Shown here piece by piece: positions 1-12,583 of a stretch of 64,000 nucleotides of DNA. Location of the stretch: assembly GCA_000146045.2 (NCBI GenBank), contig BK006947.3:64001-128000 (forward strand), given 5' to 3'. This DNA comes from TPA_inf: Saccharomyces (Eukaryota). The position numbers and the translations under genes are program-made. The stretch's first letter is position 1. Each line of letters begins with the position of its first letter. The notes under the pieces are model-generated. The model did not search any database, was not told the DNA's origin, and saw only the letters and a list, made by a program, of their open reading frames with translations.

Positions 1-18
1 ATGGAGCATCAGTACGAC
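1..18 (-). CDS. RPL18B: RPL18B exon 2 (partial; continues leftward beyond the window)
   Basis: The minus strand reads GT CGT ACT GAT GCT CCA T.. (R-R-T-D-A-P-F with the C from exon 1) immediately after a CAG 3' splice site. This continues the RPL18 N-terminal sequence LARRTDAPF. Confidence 0.6.
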
Positions 19-580
<562 letters not shown>

Positions 581-1561
581 CTAATTGATTTTTTCTTTCT
601 ATTTCCTTTGGTGAAACAGGTAGTTTTGTTCAAAAGAAATCATTCAATGGTTTAAATAAAAGCAAGAAGTATGAAAATTTTTTTATTTTTTCTTCAGAAT
701 TTTATCATAGTTGTCGTAAAATAACGAGGTCGGGTAACGTGTTTGGTGTACTGAGGTCTTTTTTAAAAGAAGCTCCAGCAAGAAAGAGTTTTGTGTGATG
801 GCTAATGAAGTGTCAATTGCATTTGGAAAGCAGCCTGATTTCTTGGGCGTGAATATGAAATTCTTCTTTTGTTATTTTATAATATGAAGTATGAATGAAA
901 ACATAAAGCGCGCTGAGACAACGACTGTTCAATGTAAAATAAAGAAAATCTATCGTTCTCAAGACGTGGTCCCATTTTTTTTTACTTTGAATTTCGTCAG
1001 CAGTGTGACATGGTTAGAATGTAACCCCACATTTGCAAAGAGATTGTTACAGGAGCGTTCTAATTGTCCCGTACTGGTACATTCATAAGTGAAAAGAAAG
1101 CCATATCGGGCGCGCTGGTTTGTGAGCCACAGAAACCGGACAAGGCACTTCTTGAATACTTCCCAAGGAAAGCGCCAAGGTTTACGGTTCTGATGGGAAT
1201 GCAGGGGGGAATCTAGTCTTGAAGTATCCTTATTCCTTAAAAAAAATATTGGACATCCTCTTCGAAATTAACAACGACGCCAAAAACTTGTCTATGTTTT
1301 CAAAACCGCGCGTCACGAAAAAGCAGGAAGCACAAAGAAGTGACGCGAAAATGACGGTATATATAGCCATTAGCAGTCGCCAAAAGGTGAAGATCCTGAC
1401 ACGAAATGTAGCAGAGTCACTACATTGATACTGATCTTGTACTTCCGAATAAGGCACCGCCAGATCAATTCTGTCTGATTTTGGCGTCTTCTGGTATAGT
1501 CTTGTAATGAACGGTGGTGATTCTCGAGGAAAATAAAATTCGTGATAAATACATGCATGTG

Positions 1562-1570
1562 TATATATAA
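1562..1570 (+). promoter_or_regulatory. TATA-like element (TATATATAA) about 175 bp upstream of TOS6
   Basis: Sequence motif read directly. Confidence 0.35.
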
Positions 1571-1725
1571 GGCGCTATATATGGCCTTGAAACTTTGTTA
1601 TTACGCCTACTCCATCTTTATTGGTACATATATCATTTAAAAGAGTAGTCCATAGAAAACCAACTGCATTCCTTCCTTATCCCTGCCTTCGGCTAATTTT
1701 AAACCAACTTTTTACCTTCCTTTAA

Positions 1726-2052
<327 letters not shown>

Positions 2053-2516
2053 GTTGCATGGACAACTTAAACTAGGAAGGATATTCCGCTTCATTTCATT
2101 AATTTCACATTTTTTTATCTACATGATATGTATTTTCCCTCAGTTACCAGATTCGCTAGCTTCGAAGCAAGGACTCCTTGGTCATACTTAATAAAGGAAC
2201 GTCTGCTTCATTCTCCTAAAGTTCCTTTCGATAAGGACGCAGAAGGCACCTTACTAGACCATTGTATAAACTCATAACTACATACTAATTCAACGATATG
2301 TTACATTTATTTTCTTGTGGTTACCCCCCGCAAATTTCCAGGCATCTCATCTCATCGCAGTTAAAAAAAAAAAAGTTGTAAAAAGGTAATAAAGCGATAC
2401 TTGATGAAAGCAAACATCTGTAATAACAGTTCACAAGGTTAAGCTGGTTCGTTTCACTAGCGTATCATTTTTTATTTTTCAAATAAACAAACGAGGGCGG
2501 AGTTTATTGGGTCGTC

Positions 2517-4445
2517 ATGACAAGGCTCAAAGCAAAATATTCACCTACAAAAGGTAAAAGAAAAGAAGATAAACATACAAAACGTATGCGTAAATCATCC
2601 TTCACAAGAACGCAAAAAATGCTTGAAGTATTTAACGATAATCGCTCGCATTTTAACAAGTACGAGAGCCTCGCTATCGACGTTGAAGACGATGACACTT
2701 TCGGAAACCTAGTCTTAATGGAAAATGATAAAAGTGATGTCGACATACCTGTAATAGAAGAAGTCACATCAAGTGAAGATGAACAAAGGGCAGAATCTAG
2801 CAAAAGAAACAATTCTCTCGAAGATAATCAAGATTTTATTGCTTTTTCGGACAGCTCTGAAGATGAAACAGAACAAATAAAGGAAGATGATGATGAAAGA
2901 AGCAGTTTTCTGTTGACCGATGAACATGAAGTTTCTAAGCTTACTTCACAGCAATCTCTGAACACTGAAAGCGCTTGCAATGTGGAGTATCCTTGGATAA
3001 GAAATCATTGTCATTCGAAACAAAGGAGAATAGCAGATTGGCTAACTTCAGAAATCAAAGATTTCGTTCATTATATCTCTCCAAGCAAGAACGAAATCAA
3101 GTGCAGAAATAGAACGATCGATAAACTACGCCGGGCGGTCAAGGAACTGTGGTCGGATGCAGATTTGCATGTGTTTGGTTCTTTTGCCACCGATTTATAT
3201 TTGCCGGGTTCTGACATTGACTGTGTCGTAAACAGCCGGAATCGCGATAAAGAGGACAGAAATTACATTTATGAATTGGCGAGACATTTGAAAAACAAAG
3301 GGCTAGCTATAAGAATGGAGGTTATTGTTAAAACGCGAGTGCCTATTATCAAATTCATAGAGCCCCAATCACAGTTACATATCGACGTTTCATTTGAAAG
3401 AACGAACGGGTTAGAGGCTGCAAAACTCATCAGGGAATGGCTAAGAGACTCTCCAGGGTTACGTGAACTGGTACTGATAATAAAACAATTTTTGCATTCA
3501 AGACGATTGAACAATGTGCACACAGGAGGATTGGGAGGTTTCACAGTAATCTGTTTGGTTTATTCTTTTTTAAATATGCATCCGCGAATAAAATCAAACG
3601 ATATCGACGTTCTAGATAACCTGGGTGTTCTACTGATTGACTTCTTCGAACTTTACGGAAAAAATTTTGGTTATGATGACGTTGCTATAAGCATATCTGA
3701 TGGTTACGCCTCTTATATTCCTAAATCGTGTTGGAGAACTTTGGAACCTTCAAGGAGTAAATTCTCGCTAGCTATTCAAGATCCTGGTGATCCTAACAAT
3801 AATATAAGCAGAGGCTCCTTTAATATGAAGGATATAAAAAAGGCCTTTGCTGGTGCCTTCGAACTGTTGGTCAATAAATGCTGGGAATTGAATTCTGCTA
3901 CATTCAAAGACCGCGTTGGAAAAAGTATACTCGGAAACGTGATCAAATACCGTGGGCAAAAGAGAGATTTCAACGACGAAAGAGATTTAGTGCAGAATAA
4001 AGCCATCATTGAAAACGAGCGCTACCACAAGAGGCGCACGAGGATAGTTCAAGAAGATTTATTTATAAACGACACCGAAGACTTGCCAGTAGAGGAGATC
4101 TACAAACTTGACGAACCTGCAAAGAAGAAACAGAAGGCAAAAAAGGATAAGAGAGAAGGGGAAATCAAAAAGAGTGCCATTCCATCTCCACCTCCGGATT
4201 TTGGAGTGAGCAGAAGCAAATTGAAACGCAAAGTGAAAAAAACTGATCAGGGCTCTCTCCTACACCAAAACAACCTCAGCATAGATGACTTGATGGGACT
4301 TTCTGAGAATGATCAAGAATCCGATCAAGATCAAAAAGGAAGAGATACCCCTTCGGGACAAGATGAGAAATCACCACTGGAAACTAAGACAGTAGATGCT
4401 CAAACGAGAAGGGACTACTGGCTCTCTAAAGGCCAGGCTCTTTAA
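2517..4445 (+). CDS. TRF5: Non-canonical poly(A) polymerase of the TRAMP complex (642 aa)
   Basis: Contains the nucleotidyltransferase motif HVFGSFATDLYLPGSDIDCVV and a PAP-associated domain. The 642-aa length matches TRF5 rather than TRF4. Confidence 0.93.
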   Translation: MTRLKAKYSPTKGKRKEDKHTKRMRKSSFTRTQKMLEVFNDNRSHFNKYESLAIDVEDDDTFGNLVLMENDKSDVDIPVIEEVTSSEDEQRAESSKRNNSLEDNQDFIAFSDSSEDETEQIKEDDDERSSFLLTDEHEVSKLTSQQSLNTESACNVEYPWIRNHCHSKQRRIADWLTSEIKDFVHYISPSKNEIKCRNRTIDKLRRAVKELWSDADLHVFGSFATDLYLPGSDIDCVVNSRNRDKEDRNYIYELARHLKNKGLAIRMEVIVKTRVPIIKFIEPQSQLHIDVSFERTNGLEAAKLIREWLRDSPGLRELVLIIKQFLHSRRLNNVHTGGLGGFTVICLVYSFLNMHPRIKSNDIDVLDNLGVLLIDFFELYGKNFGYDDVAISISDGYASYIPKSCWRTLEPSRSKFSLAIQDPGDPNNNISRGSFNMKDIKKAFAGAFELLVNKCWELNSATFKDRVGKSILGNVIKYRGQKRDFNDERDLVQNKAIIENERYHKRRTRIVQEDLFINDTEDLPVEEIYKLDEPAKKKQKAKKDKREGEIKKSAIPSPPPDFGVSRSKLKRKVKKTDQGSLLHQNNLSIDDLMGLSENDQESDQDQKGRDTPSGQDEKSPLETKTVDAQTRRDYWLSKGQAL

Positions 4446-4914
4446 CACAATATAGACTCTTATAGACTATTTACTATTTATACAAGAATACCACATCGAT
4501 GTCCAAGTGAAACAATAAGCTAATGATATCAAACGCGTGGGTATTTTCCCTTTCCGGAAATATAGAGCCACCAAAAAAGGATAGTTTCCCGATATGGAAA
4601 TTTTCTCGAGCCGGTAAGATGACGAAATTTTTCATCTCTGGCATGATAGAAACATAGTATGGAACGTGCAGGAGAGTCTGATTCGAGACACATAATTTGA
4701 AAGAACCTTCTAGCCTGAGCCTTGTACATGTATTAGCGTTGCCAGTTATTTGCTTCTGCTGCTAATAAGATCAAAACCTTAAGTCCTTTATTTCGATCGA
4801 ACGTACTGCGCTACTGAAAACCATTGCATCTTTTGCTATCATTCATTCCTGGTGGTTTCTTTGGTGTAATAAATCGAACAGTGAAACTGAAACATAAAAG
4901 AAATAGTGCAAAAT

Positions 4915-7443
4915 ATGTCTCTTTCAGCTGCAGCGAATAAGATATCTGACAACGATTTCCAAAATATCGGACCGGCACCTAGACCTCCCAGTTCAAATAG
5001 CCAGGGCCGTACTTGCTATAATCAAACGCAACCTATAACCAAACTTATGAGTCAACTGGATTTAACATCAGCGTCCCATTTAGGTACAAGTACCTCCAAA
5101 AAAAAAAGCGGGTGGGTGTCCTACAAAGATGACGGTATACTTTCATTTATATGGCAAAAGAGATACCTGATGCTACACGATTCGTATGTAGCCCTTTACA
5201 AGAACGATAAACAAAATGACGATGCGATCTTGAAGATACCACTAACTAGTATTATAAGTGTAAGCAGGACACAGTTGAAACAATATTGTTTTGAGTTGGT
5301 GCGCTGCAGTGACCGAAATTCTGTATCATCAGGATCCTCGTCCTCTTTGAATGTATCATCAGACAGTAACTCCAAAAAATCAATATACATTGCTACAAAG
5401 ACAGAAAGCGATTTGCATAGTTGGTTAGACGCCATTTTTGCTAAATGTCCATTATTAAGTGGTGTATCTTCTCCAACAAACTTCACACATAAAGTTCACG
5501 TTGGTTTTGATCCAGAAACAGGTAGTTTTGTTGGTATGCCCACCAACTGGGAAAAATTATTAAAGCACTCCAGAATTACAGGAGAAGATTGGAACAATAA
5601 TTCTGCGGCTGTCATTCAAGTGTTGCAGTTTTATCAAGAGTATAATGGAGCCGGAAATCCCACAAATACTTTAGACAAGCCTCAAAGTGGTGAAACTTCC
5701 TCCTCTCAAAAATCGCTGCCAAACAGCTATAATGATAACAAACTCAGAAATAATTCAGTAAATTCAAAGTCATCTTCAGGCGTTTCTTCAAGTATGGTAT
5801 CACAGAGGAAAACCTCACAACCACCAAATACCAAATCGCCTGTTTCTCTAGGAAGCGGCTCACTGCCACCAATAAATACAAAATTGCCCACTAGTCAGTC
5901 AAATATTCCAAGACACTTACAAAATGTTCCCAACCAACAATATCCTAAGATGAGAAACGGACACTCCCCAACCAATGGCCAATTTCCTAGGGGACCTATG
6001 CATCCAAACAATTCTCAACGATCTTTGCAGCAGCAGCAGCAGCAGCAGCAGCAACAAAAACAACAGCATCAACAATATCCATACCACCATCAAGGACCAT
6101 CTCCATCTCCATCCCCATCTCCGTCTCCATTAAACCCTTATAGGCCACATCACAATATGATAAATCCTTATTCCAAACAACCTCAATCGCCATTAAGTTC
6201 ACAGTCGACCCAAAACCAAGCAATTCCACGTTATGCACAAAACTCAAGTCCTACAGCCGCACACTTTCAACCTCAAAGAACAGCTCCAAAGCCACCAATA
6301 TCAGCTCCAAGGGCGCCATACCCATCAAATCAAAATGCTACTAGTAACACACATGTACAGCCTGTTGCACCTAAGAATGACCAGTCAACCCCACAAACAA
6401 TGAGGCAGGCCCCAAAGAGACCGGATGCAGATGTCGCACAACCGGGTGGTGTGGCCAAACCGAAGAAGCCAGCAAGGCCTACCATGTCAACTGCAGAAAT
6501 AATGAGTAAGCTGAAGAAAGTCACCGTAAATGCGGATCCATCTCAATGCTTTAAAGTGATCGAGAAGGCCGGTCAAGGTGCAAGTGGGTCCGTCTACCTT
6601 GCAGAGAGGACGCATATTCCGACAGAAAGTAATATGATCGAACTCATAAACAATGATATTGATGAGCCGCACGTAGGAGATAAAGTTGCTATCAAGCAAA
6701 TGGTCTTATCTAAACAACCTCGTAAAGAACTCATAGTGAATGAAATTTTGGTTATGAAGGATTCACGTCATAAAAATATCGTCAATTTTCTCGAGGCTTA
6801 TTTGAGAACAGACGATGACCTATGGGTTGTGATGGAGTTTATGGAAGGAGGTTCACTAACAGACATTATCGAGAATAGTCCCACCAACGATAATTCACAT
6901 TCACCACTAACAGAACCCCAAATTGCATATATCGTACGAGAAACTTGCCAAGGCTTGAAATTTCTACACGACAAGCATATCATTCATAGGGATATTAAAT
7001 CAGATAATGTCTTGCTGGACACTAGAGCTAGGGTGAAAATTACCGATTTTGGGTTTTGCGCCAGATTAACTGATAAAAGAAGCAAAAGAGCCACTATGGT
7101 TGGGACACCTTACTGGATGGCACCTGAAGTTGTCAAACAACGTGAATACGATGAAAAGATTGACGTATGGTCTTTGGGTATCATGACCATTGAAATGCTG
7201 GAGGGTGAACCACCATATTTAAATGAAGATCCACTAAAGGCGTTGTACTTAATTGCAACTAATGGTACACCAAAGCTCAAGCATCCAGAAAGTTTGTCTT
7301 TAGAAATTAAACGCTTTCTAAGCGTTTGCCTTTGCGTAGATGTTAGATATAGGGCATCAACCGAAGAGCTTTTACACCACGGTTTTTTCAATATGGCATG
7401 TGATCCAAAGGATTTGACATCACTGTTGGAGTGGAAGGAATGA
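4915..7443 (+). CDS. CLA4: PAK-family (Ste20-like) protein kinase with a PH domain (842 aa)
   Basis: The kinase motifs HRDIKSDNVLL, DFGFCA and GTPYWMAPE are present, with an N-terminal PH-like region. The ORF-track start at 4906 is a GTG codon. The true ATG is at 4915 (MSLSAAANK...). Confidence 0.93.
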   Translation: MSLSAAANKISDNDFQNIGPAPRPPSSNSQGRTCYNQTQPITKLMSQLDLTSASHLGTSTSKKKSGWVSYKDDGILSFIWQKRYLMLHDSYVALYKNDKQNDDAILKIPLTSIISVSRTQLKQYCFELVRCSDRNSVSSGSSSSLNVSSDSNSKKSIYIATKTESDLHSWLDAIFAKCPLLSGVSSPTNFTHKVHVGFDPETGSFVGMPTNWEKLLKHSRITGEDWNNNSAAVIQVLQFYQEYNGAGNPTNTLDKPQSGETSSSQKSLPNSYNDNKLRNNSVNSKSSSGVSSSMVSQRKTSQPPNTKSPVSLGSGSLPPINTKLPTSQSNIPRHLQNVPNQQYPKMRNGHSPTNGQFPRGPMHPNNSQRSLQQQQQQQQQQKQQHQQYPYHHQGPSPSPSPSPSPLNPYRPHHNMINPYSKQPQSPLSSQSTQNQAIPRYAQNSSPTAAHFQPQRTAPKPPISAPRAPYPSNQNATSNTHVQPVAPKNDQSTPQTMRQAPKRPDADVAQPGGVAKPKKPARPTMSTAEIMSKLKKVTVNADPSQCFKVIEKAGQGASGSVYLAERTHIPTESNMIELINNDIDEPHVGDKVAIKQMVLSKQPRKELIVNEILVMKDSRHKNIVNFLEAYLRTDDDLWVVMEFMEGGSLTDIIENSPTNDNSHSPLTEPQIAYIVRETCQGLKFLHDKHIIHRDIKSDNVLLDTRARVKITDFGFCARLTDKRSKRATMVGTPYWMAPEVVKQREYDEKIDVWSLGIMTIEMLEGEPPYLNEDPLKALYLIATNGTPKLKHPESLSLEIKRFLSVCLCVDVRYRASTEELLHHGFFNMACDPKDLTSLLEWKE
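6028..6057 (+). repeat. (CAG)8(CAA)2 microsatellite encoding polyglutamine within CLA4
   Basis: A direct trinucleotide repeat seen in the sequence. Confidence 0.9.
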
Positions 7444-7672
7444 AGCACACAACTATTTCTATAAGCATATCATACATACTACAATCTTATGTATTTCTTT
7501 TCTTTTAGCTATGCATACCAATGGCATAATATATAAATACGTTCACCTTAAAAGTTTTTTTTTTAAAGTAAATAAAAAAAGACCTGCAACGATACAATAA
7601 TCAATCCAATGTCGTTTAATATTACTATTTATCCTACGTGATTTTTAAAAATATTCGTCCATGCTTCAGCTT

Positions 7673-10600
7673 CTAGTCTAGTTTCGTAAATCCAAGTGAT
7701 AATTCCAAAACTTTATCTTGGAGGCCATCCATTTTATGAGATACTGGGATGGTTCTTAAAATCAACGGACTTAATGTTTGTAGGTTTTCAACTCCAATTT
7801 GTTTGTTGCCAAGGGTCGAATTTTGATCTAGAACACCTCTTAAAATCACGCATAGCCCATTTAATAGAGTAGCTAGTTCTGTTTTACGCAATTTTGGTAT
7901 TGGTGCTCGCCCAATCAAGTATTCATCTGAGATATATCTTCTAAGAGCAAGGGCAATTCTTGCAGAAAGATAAGGAGCAGTTAACTTTCTTAATTTCTCG
8001 TTTGTGTTCAACATAAAATTAACCAAATCTTGCAAGCACTCTAAAGAGCACTTATATTTTGTCTGAAAGCGAGGATTTGTGGTGGATCCAAATATACATG
8101 AAAAATCGAACGAAGATAGTTTTTGAGACAATTCAGAAAACGTACCACAGTCTTGCATCAAAGCATTTTCTAATTCATCGAATTCATATAAAAATGAACA
8201 ATCCCAGACGGCATAAATGAAAGTGTCTAATTGCCTTTCATTGAAGAGATCAATGATTCTGTTTTCCAGCAATATCTCCCTATATTTGGAATACTCATTC
8301 AAATCGTCTATCTCGGTTAAATTATCGAGCTCTGGGTTGATTCTTTGTAATGTGACAACAATAACATTTATAAATAAATCACAAAAGTTATCCTTTAATG
8401 GATTTTCTGCATCTTCTTGGAGTGATTTGAAAATTTTGTTCGACAAATCACAGAAGCAATTGGAAGCAAGAACCCATATGGGGATTTCATCACTCTCTGA
8501 CCCTGTAATAAGCGATTTTCGCTTGATGATTTCAGCCAAATTTTTCAATATTCTTAAAATATGCTTTGCTTTCAGTGTGGATATACCAAATTGATCTATT
8601 TTTGCTATTCTATTTCTCAGGTTAGAACATGACATATAGCTGATTGCCTCAAAAGTTGGTAACCTGTTAAGTGATGCTTTTGGAAGCTTTGGTCCAAGTT
8701 TTTTTGTTATTTTTTCCCTTGTATCAAAAGCCAATATCGATATTGTACTTAACTGGAGAAGAATCAAAATTTCTGTATCTTTAGAATCATTTGTCATAAA
8801 TATATCAAGTCCAGACAATATGGCCTTTTGCATAGAGGACGGTTTAGTTTTGTCTTGGACAAACTCAGGTAAGAGAGGATATTTTATGGCAGAATTGAAT
8901 AAAAGAAGAACTTTTTCCACAAATTCATCTGTCATCGCATCGTATTTCGATATTAATTGGTAAAGAGGAGGAAATCCGGTTATTAGTTCGTATATACAAT
9001 CGTATTCAGTTTTGCTCGATGCGTTTGTGGAGAGATCACTGTACGTAATATTGTAGTCGGTAAATATTTCGCAGCACTTTTTCAATATATCTGATGGAAC
9101 GTCCTCAATAGTGATGATTTCTTTCAGCAGGGTTTGATAATTTAATATTACAGCATTCTTGGTATTATTAGAAGTGGAAGACAACAATCTTTTCAAAAAA
9201 TCTAATAACATTGACCATTCCTTGGCGCAGGTAGTGTTGTTTTTGAAGTCCTTAAAGTGTTCCGGATAAAGCTTAATTAATCCTTGCAATGTTACATTTA
9301 TAAAATCAGTTTCATTTTCGAGTTCTTCAGTGGACCATTCCTTGGTAAGCAGTGGTTCAATAACCTCTAAGAAAATTAGGTCCCATGGGGGGAAGCAAAC
9401 AGAATGGGAGTCGATGATTCTGAAAAAAGTCTGCACAGCACCGTTTTTAACTTCTACTCTATCATCATTAGTACAATTGATCAAATTTTTCAAAAGATAT
9501 ATCCATAATCCGTTGTAAAGTTCCCAATCATGAGATGAACTGGATGTAATGATTTCAATTAATTTTTGATTATTAATCTTTTCGGAGAGACTTCTACGTT
9601 TCTCATCACTTAAATTTAATGTTTCGGGATTGAAGCGGACTCTGAGATAATCTCCAACTAACCAGAACTGACTAATAGAAGAAAAGGAGATATTAAGATT
9701 TCGCTTCTGACTTACGAAATTGACAAGCGTATCAATAACGAATTTAATGACACTCATAGGTAAACTCTGTAAGAAATCATCAGAAATTAGTTTAAAAACA
9801 TCGTATGACACTTGGATCATGTTCTTATGCTTCTGAACGATACCTTCAAATAAAGATGAATCATCTATATCCTCATTCACGGAAAAATCAGTATCCTCAA
9901 CTGTCCACTCGAATGGTGAATTAATGATGTTGAAAATATTGGTCCAAGAGTTCATTAACAGTTCACCAAATTCGTTCAGAATCTCTTTTAAAGTTAGTAG
10001 CAATTGAAAAAGAATATCTGATTCAACATTGATCGTCCCATTGTATATTTCCTGCTTACCAATATCCAACTGTTTTATCGAGTTTATCGTTGCCATCAAG
10101 CTATCGATGACTAAGTTTTCCAATGTACCAAACTGTTTCACTTTATTATCTTGCTCATCGGAATTACCAACCTCATTAGTAGCCTTTTTGATGATATCTG
10201 TAAACACTCTCACTGTGTATAAACGTAAAGAATCGTTATCCATTTCACGGTTTGATATCAATTTGATCATATAGGTGGAAATCAAACTCCAAAGTTCTTT
10301 ACCATTTTTTCCAAAGAGAAATTTTTTGCAATTATAAGTTGCCAGTTCACCAATTTTGTTAACAAAAAACGCCTTGTTGTAAATGCATGGTATAATTTCA
10401 TCTTTTGCATCTAAAGGATGATAGCCAATGTCATTATTCAGGTTGAGGTTCGTTTGTTCTAAAGTGAGGGTATTTTTTGAGTCCAAAATTAATCTGGTTA
10501 ATACCAAATGAAAAGTTGAGCAAGAATAGCTGCTTGTACTTTCAAAAAATTTCGTTAGAGAGCTTTCAATAGATGTAACGTCTGATTTAGTCAGTATTGG

Positions 10601-12583
10601 AGGTGGTGGAATATCTTCAGAGTAAAAGCTCTCTTTGAAATCTGCTGATGGACCATATATGTAGTAAGTTATCCATTGCCAGGTTAAAAAAGTGTACCTC
10701 CAGCTTTCTGAATCGAAAATAGGACCTAGTGATATTGATAATGATATTAATGCCCTTAGTAAACTAACTTGTCTTGAACTAATATTCCTGGGGTGCAAAC
10801 GCCTTTTCATTTCCTTATTTTGCGCAGAATCTGCAATCGACCTACTTGGATTTTTTGTTGATTCTACGGGACTGGTCGTGACACTAGATGTGGATATATT
10901 TCTTGTATGTTGATTTTTTGCTGACTTACTTGTATCATTAAAAGAATATTGATTGGATGATGTAACGTTGTTTGTTATCAAAATCGAAAACAATTTCATG
11001 CATGCCCTTAATTTGTCCTTTAGTGACAGAACGCCGGCACTATGAGCTAATTTTTGAAAAGCTCTAACCACCAAGTGGAATATCGATGTCTCTAAGGAGG
11101 TCGAATATAAAAAGAGTTTGTTTAGCTCAAATAGGCCAGAAAACAGGCCGCTATAAACCTTTACAACTGTCGAATCATTTCCAGTTCCCTCTTCACGTTC
11201 TTTGTCCTCAATTTTCTTCTCTAGGGGAGAGCTTTCCAGAGCCGATTTGTTCAACCCCTCGCATAAGTGGTTACAGATGGTCAGAATTAATGATATAATG
11301 TAAGTAATATTAATGGACGGAGCGTTTGATTTGTCCAATAAATGCATAAACTTTGTTTTAACTGTAGAGTTTTCAGTAGTTATCAAGGGAGAATCCATTT
11401 TCTCGACTACTTTTGATGGCGCCAAGAAAGTAATATACTCTGGCGAATTTAATAAGACAATACATTCTTTCAAAAGATATTTGAACACATGTTTTTTATC
11501 TGGATAATTATCATAGTCCATATAGAGTGTATTGACGATTTCGGGGTCTTGTGATAAATCCTTGAAAAGTTCTAGAGATAGTACTCTTTGCCATCCACTT
11601 AAATTGGATTCGACAGATATGCCATGGATTAACAGCGACAAGATGACCTCTAATTCTAACTCGAGTATGCTTAGGTACTCTTTTCTTATCAACAACTTCA
11701 AACAACGACAACTCCTTACAGCGGTGGAGAAGTGTCTCGAAGAAGATATGCAACGTAGAAGCAATGGAATCGCCTTAACTCTCAGTAGATATTGTAAATC
11801 TTGGCATTCTAAAAGATTTTTCTGACTATTCTTCAAAATCGATTCAAGGATTTCCAGGCCATAGTCTATTGGGATGTCCCCAATGTCTAACAGCATCTCC
11901 TCGTCACTAACTGCCCCATTTGAGCTTATTTCATTTAATGAACAGATATTATCGAACAATTTGTTAGCATCGTATCTATAAACATTGACCTTAATTGACT
12001 CACTATTACTTATGAGGACTTCATATTGTTTATCATCCACTACAGATTCAATGGAAAGCCTATCAAATATTTCATCGATAAGCTGCTGTAAAGTGGCACT
12101 CGCAGTACCAACTACTACGGGTGCCTTATTAGGTACATGCAGCAGATTTGAGCAACACAGCAACAACTTCTTACAAAGCGGCCCATAGATGAACTTCCCG
12201 TATGTCTTAAAAAAAATGGGTACCACCTGTAAAACTTTTAATTGAATCTCCATCGCGAGATGAGTAGCCTCAATGAAGGCATCCAAAATTTCAGACAGCC
12301 GGCTTCGAGGAATAGATGGAACGGTTGACAGTCCCTGTAGGCATTGCATTGCCAGGGTCGTCATTTTAGCATTCCTTGATTGGCAAGCCAACACGAAAGG
12401 GAGTGCGAAATCCGGATGTCTTTCTAGCTCCTCAAAACTATGTACTCTTTTCAATATCTCAATGGATTTATCACTAGCATGGCGAATGGTTGAATTTCTT
12501 CTTTTCGATTCGGAAGATAAAGAACGCAATTCTGCTTCAAGTTGCCTTTGCATGGAGTCAAACCCTCCAGTGTTCATGGCCAT
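7673..12583 (-). CDS. MON2: Large endosome/Golgi scaffold protein related to Sec7-family Arf GEFs (1636 aa)
   Basis: A 1636-aa ORF starting MAMNTGGFDSMQ. Its size, sequence and flanking genes match YNL297C. Confidence 0.92.
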   Translation of the reverse strand: MAMNTGGFDSMQRQLEAELRSLSSESKRRNSTIRHASDKSIEILKRVHSFEELERHPDFALPFVLACQSRNAKMTTLAMQCLQGLSTVPSIPRSRLSEILDAFIEATHLAMEIQLKVLQVVPIFFKTYGKFIYGPLCKKLLLCCSNLLHVPNKAPVVVGTASATLQQLIDEIFDRLSIESVVDDKQYEVLISNSESIKVNVYRYDANKLFDNICSLNEISSNGAVSDEEMLLDIGDIPIDYGLEILESILKNSQKNLLECQDLQYLLRVKAIPLLLRCISSSRHFSTAVRSCRCLKLLIRKEYLSILELELEVILSLLIHGISVESNLSGWQRVLSLELFKDLSQDPEIVNTLYMDYDNYPDKKHVFKYLLKECIVLLNSPEYITFLAPSKVVEKMDSPLITTENSTVKTKFMHLLDKSNAPSINITYIISLILTICNHLCEGLNKSALESSPLEKKIEDKEREEGTGNDSTVVKVYSGLFSGLFELNKLFLYSTSLETSIFHLVVRAFQKLAHSAGVLSLKDKLRACMKLFSILITNNVTSSNQYSFNDTSKSAKNQHTRNISTSSVTTSPVESTKNPSRSIADSAQNKEMKRRLHPRNISSRQVSLLRALISLSISLGPIFDSESWRYTFLTWQWITYYIYGPSADFKESFYSEDIPPPPILTKSDVTSIESSLTKFFESTSSYSCSTFHLVLTRLILDSKNTLTLEQTNLNLNNDIGYHPLDAKDEIIPCIYNKAFFVNKIGELATYNCKKFLFGKNGKELWSLISTYMIKLISNREMDNDSLRLYTVRVFTDIIKKATNEVGNSDEQDNKVKQFGTLENLVIDSLMATINSIKQLDIGKQEIYNGTINVESDILFQLLLTLKEILNEFGELLMNSWTNIFNIINSPFEWTVEDTDFSVNEDIDDSSLFEGIVQKHKNMIQVSYDVFKLISDDFLQSLPMSVIKFVIDTLVNFVSQKRNLNISFSSISQFWLVGDYLRVRFNPETLNLSDEKRRSLSEKINNQKLIEIITSSSSHDWELYNGLWIYLLKNLINCTNDDRVEVKNGAVQTFFRIIDSHSVCFPPWDLIFLEVIEPLLTKEWSTEELENETDFINVTLQGLIKLYPEHFKDFKNNTTCAKEWSMLLDFLKRLLSSTSNNTKNAVILNYQTLLKEIITIEDVPSDILKKCCEIFTDYNITYSDLSTNASSKTEYDCIYELITGFPPLYQLISKYDAMTDEFVEKVLLLFNSAIKYPLLPEFVQDKTKPSSMQKAILSGLDIFMTNDSKDTEILILLQLSTISILAFDTREKITKKLGPKLPKASLNRLPTFEAISYMSCSNLRNRIAKIDQFGISTLKAKHILRILKNLAEIIKRKSLITGSESDEIPIWVLASNCFCDLSNKIFKSLQEDAENPLKDNFCDLFINVIVVTLQRINPELDNLTEIDDLNEYSKYREILLENRIIDLFNERQLDTFIYAVWDCSFLYEFDELENALMQDCGTFSELSQKLSSFDFSCIFGSTTNPRFQTKYKCSLECLQDLVNFMLNTNEKLRKLTAPYLSARIALALRRYISDEYLIGRAPIPKLRKTELATLLNGLCVILRGVLDQNSTLGNKQIGVENLQTLSPLILRTIPVSHKMDGLQDKVLELSLGFTKLD

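Noticed and set aside
1015-1040. Possible Rap1 site (AACCCCACATTT) upstream of RPL18B
   Set aside because: It is only a partial match to ACACCCAYACAYYY. I could not find a clean consensus, so the call is too weak.
4906-4914. Upstream in-frame extensions of several ORF-track genes. These are CLA4 (+3 aa), CUS2 (+3), PRM1 (+5), ERG24 (+41), CAF120 (+33) and GOR1 (+20). The SEC2 fragment is shown starting with M.
   Set aside because: Reading the nucleotides shows these track ORFs start at GTG or TTG codons (GTG at 4906, TTG at 31214, GTG at 46902, TTG at 49172, TTG at 63971). The first ATG gives the lengths of the known proteins. They are not N-terminal extensions.
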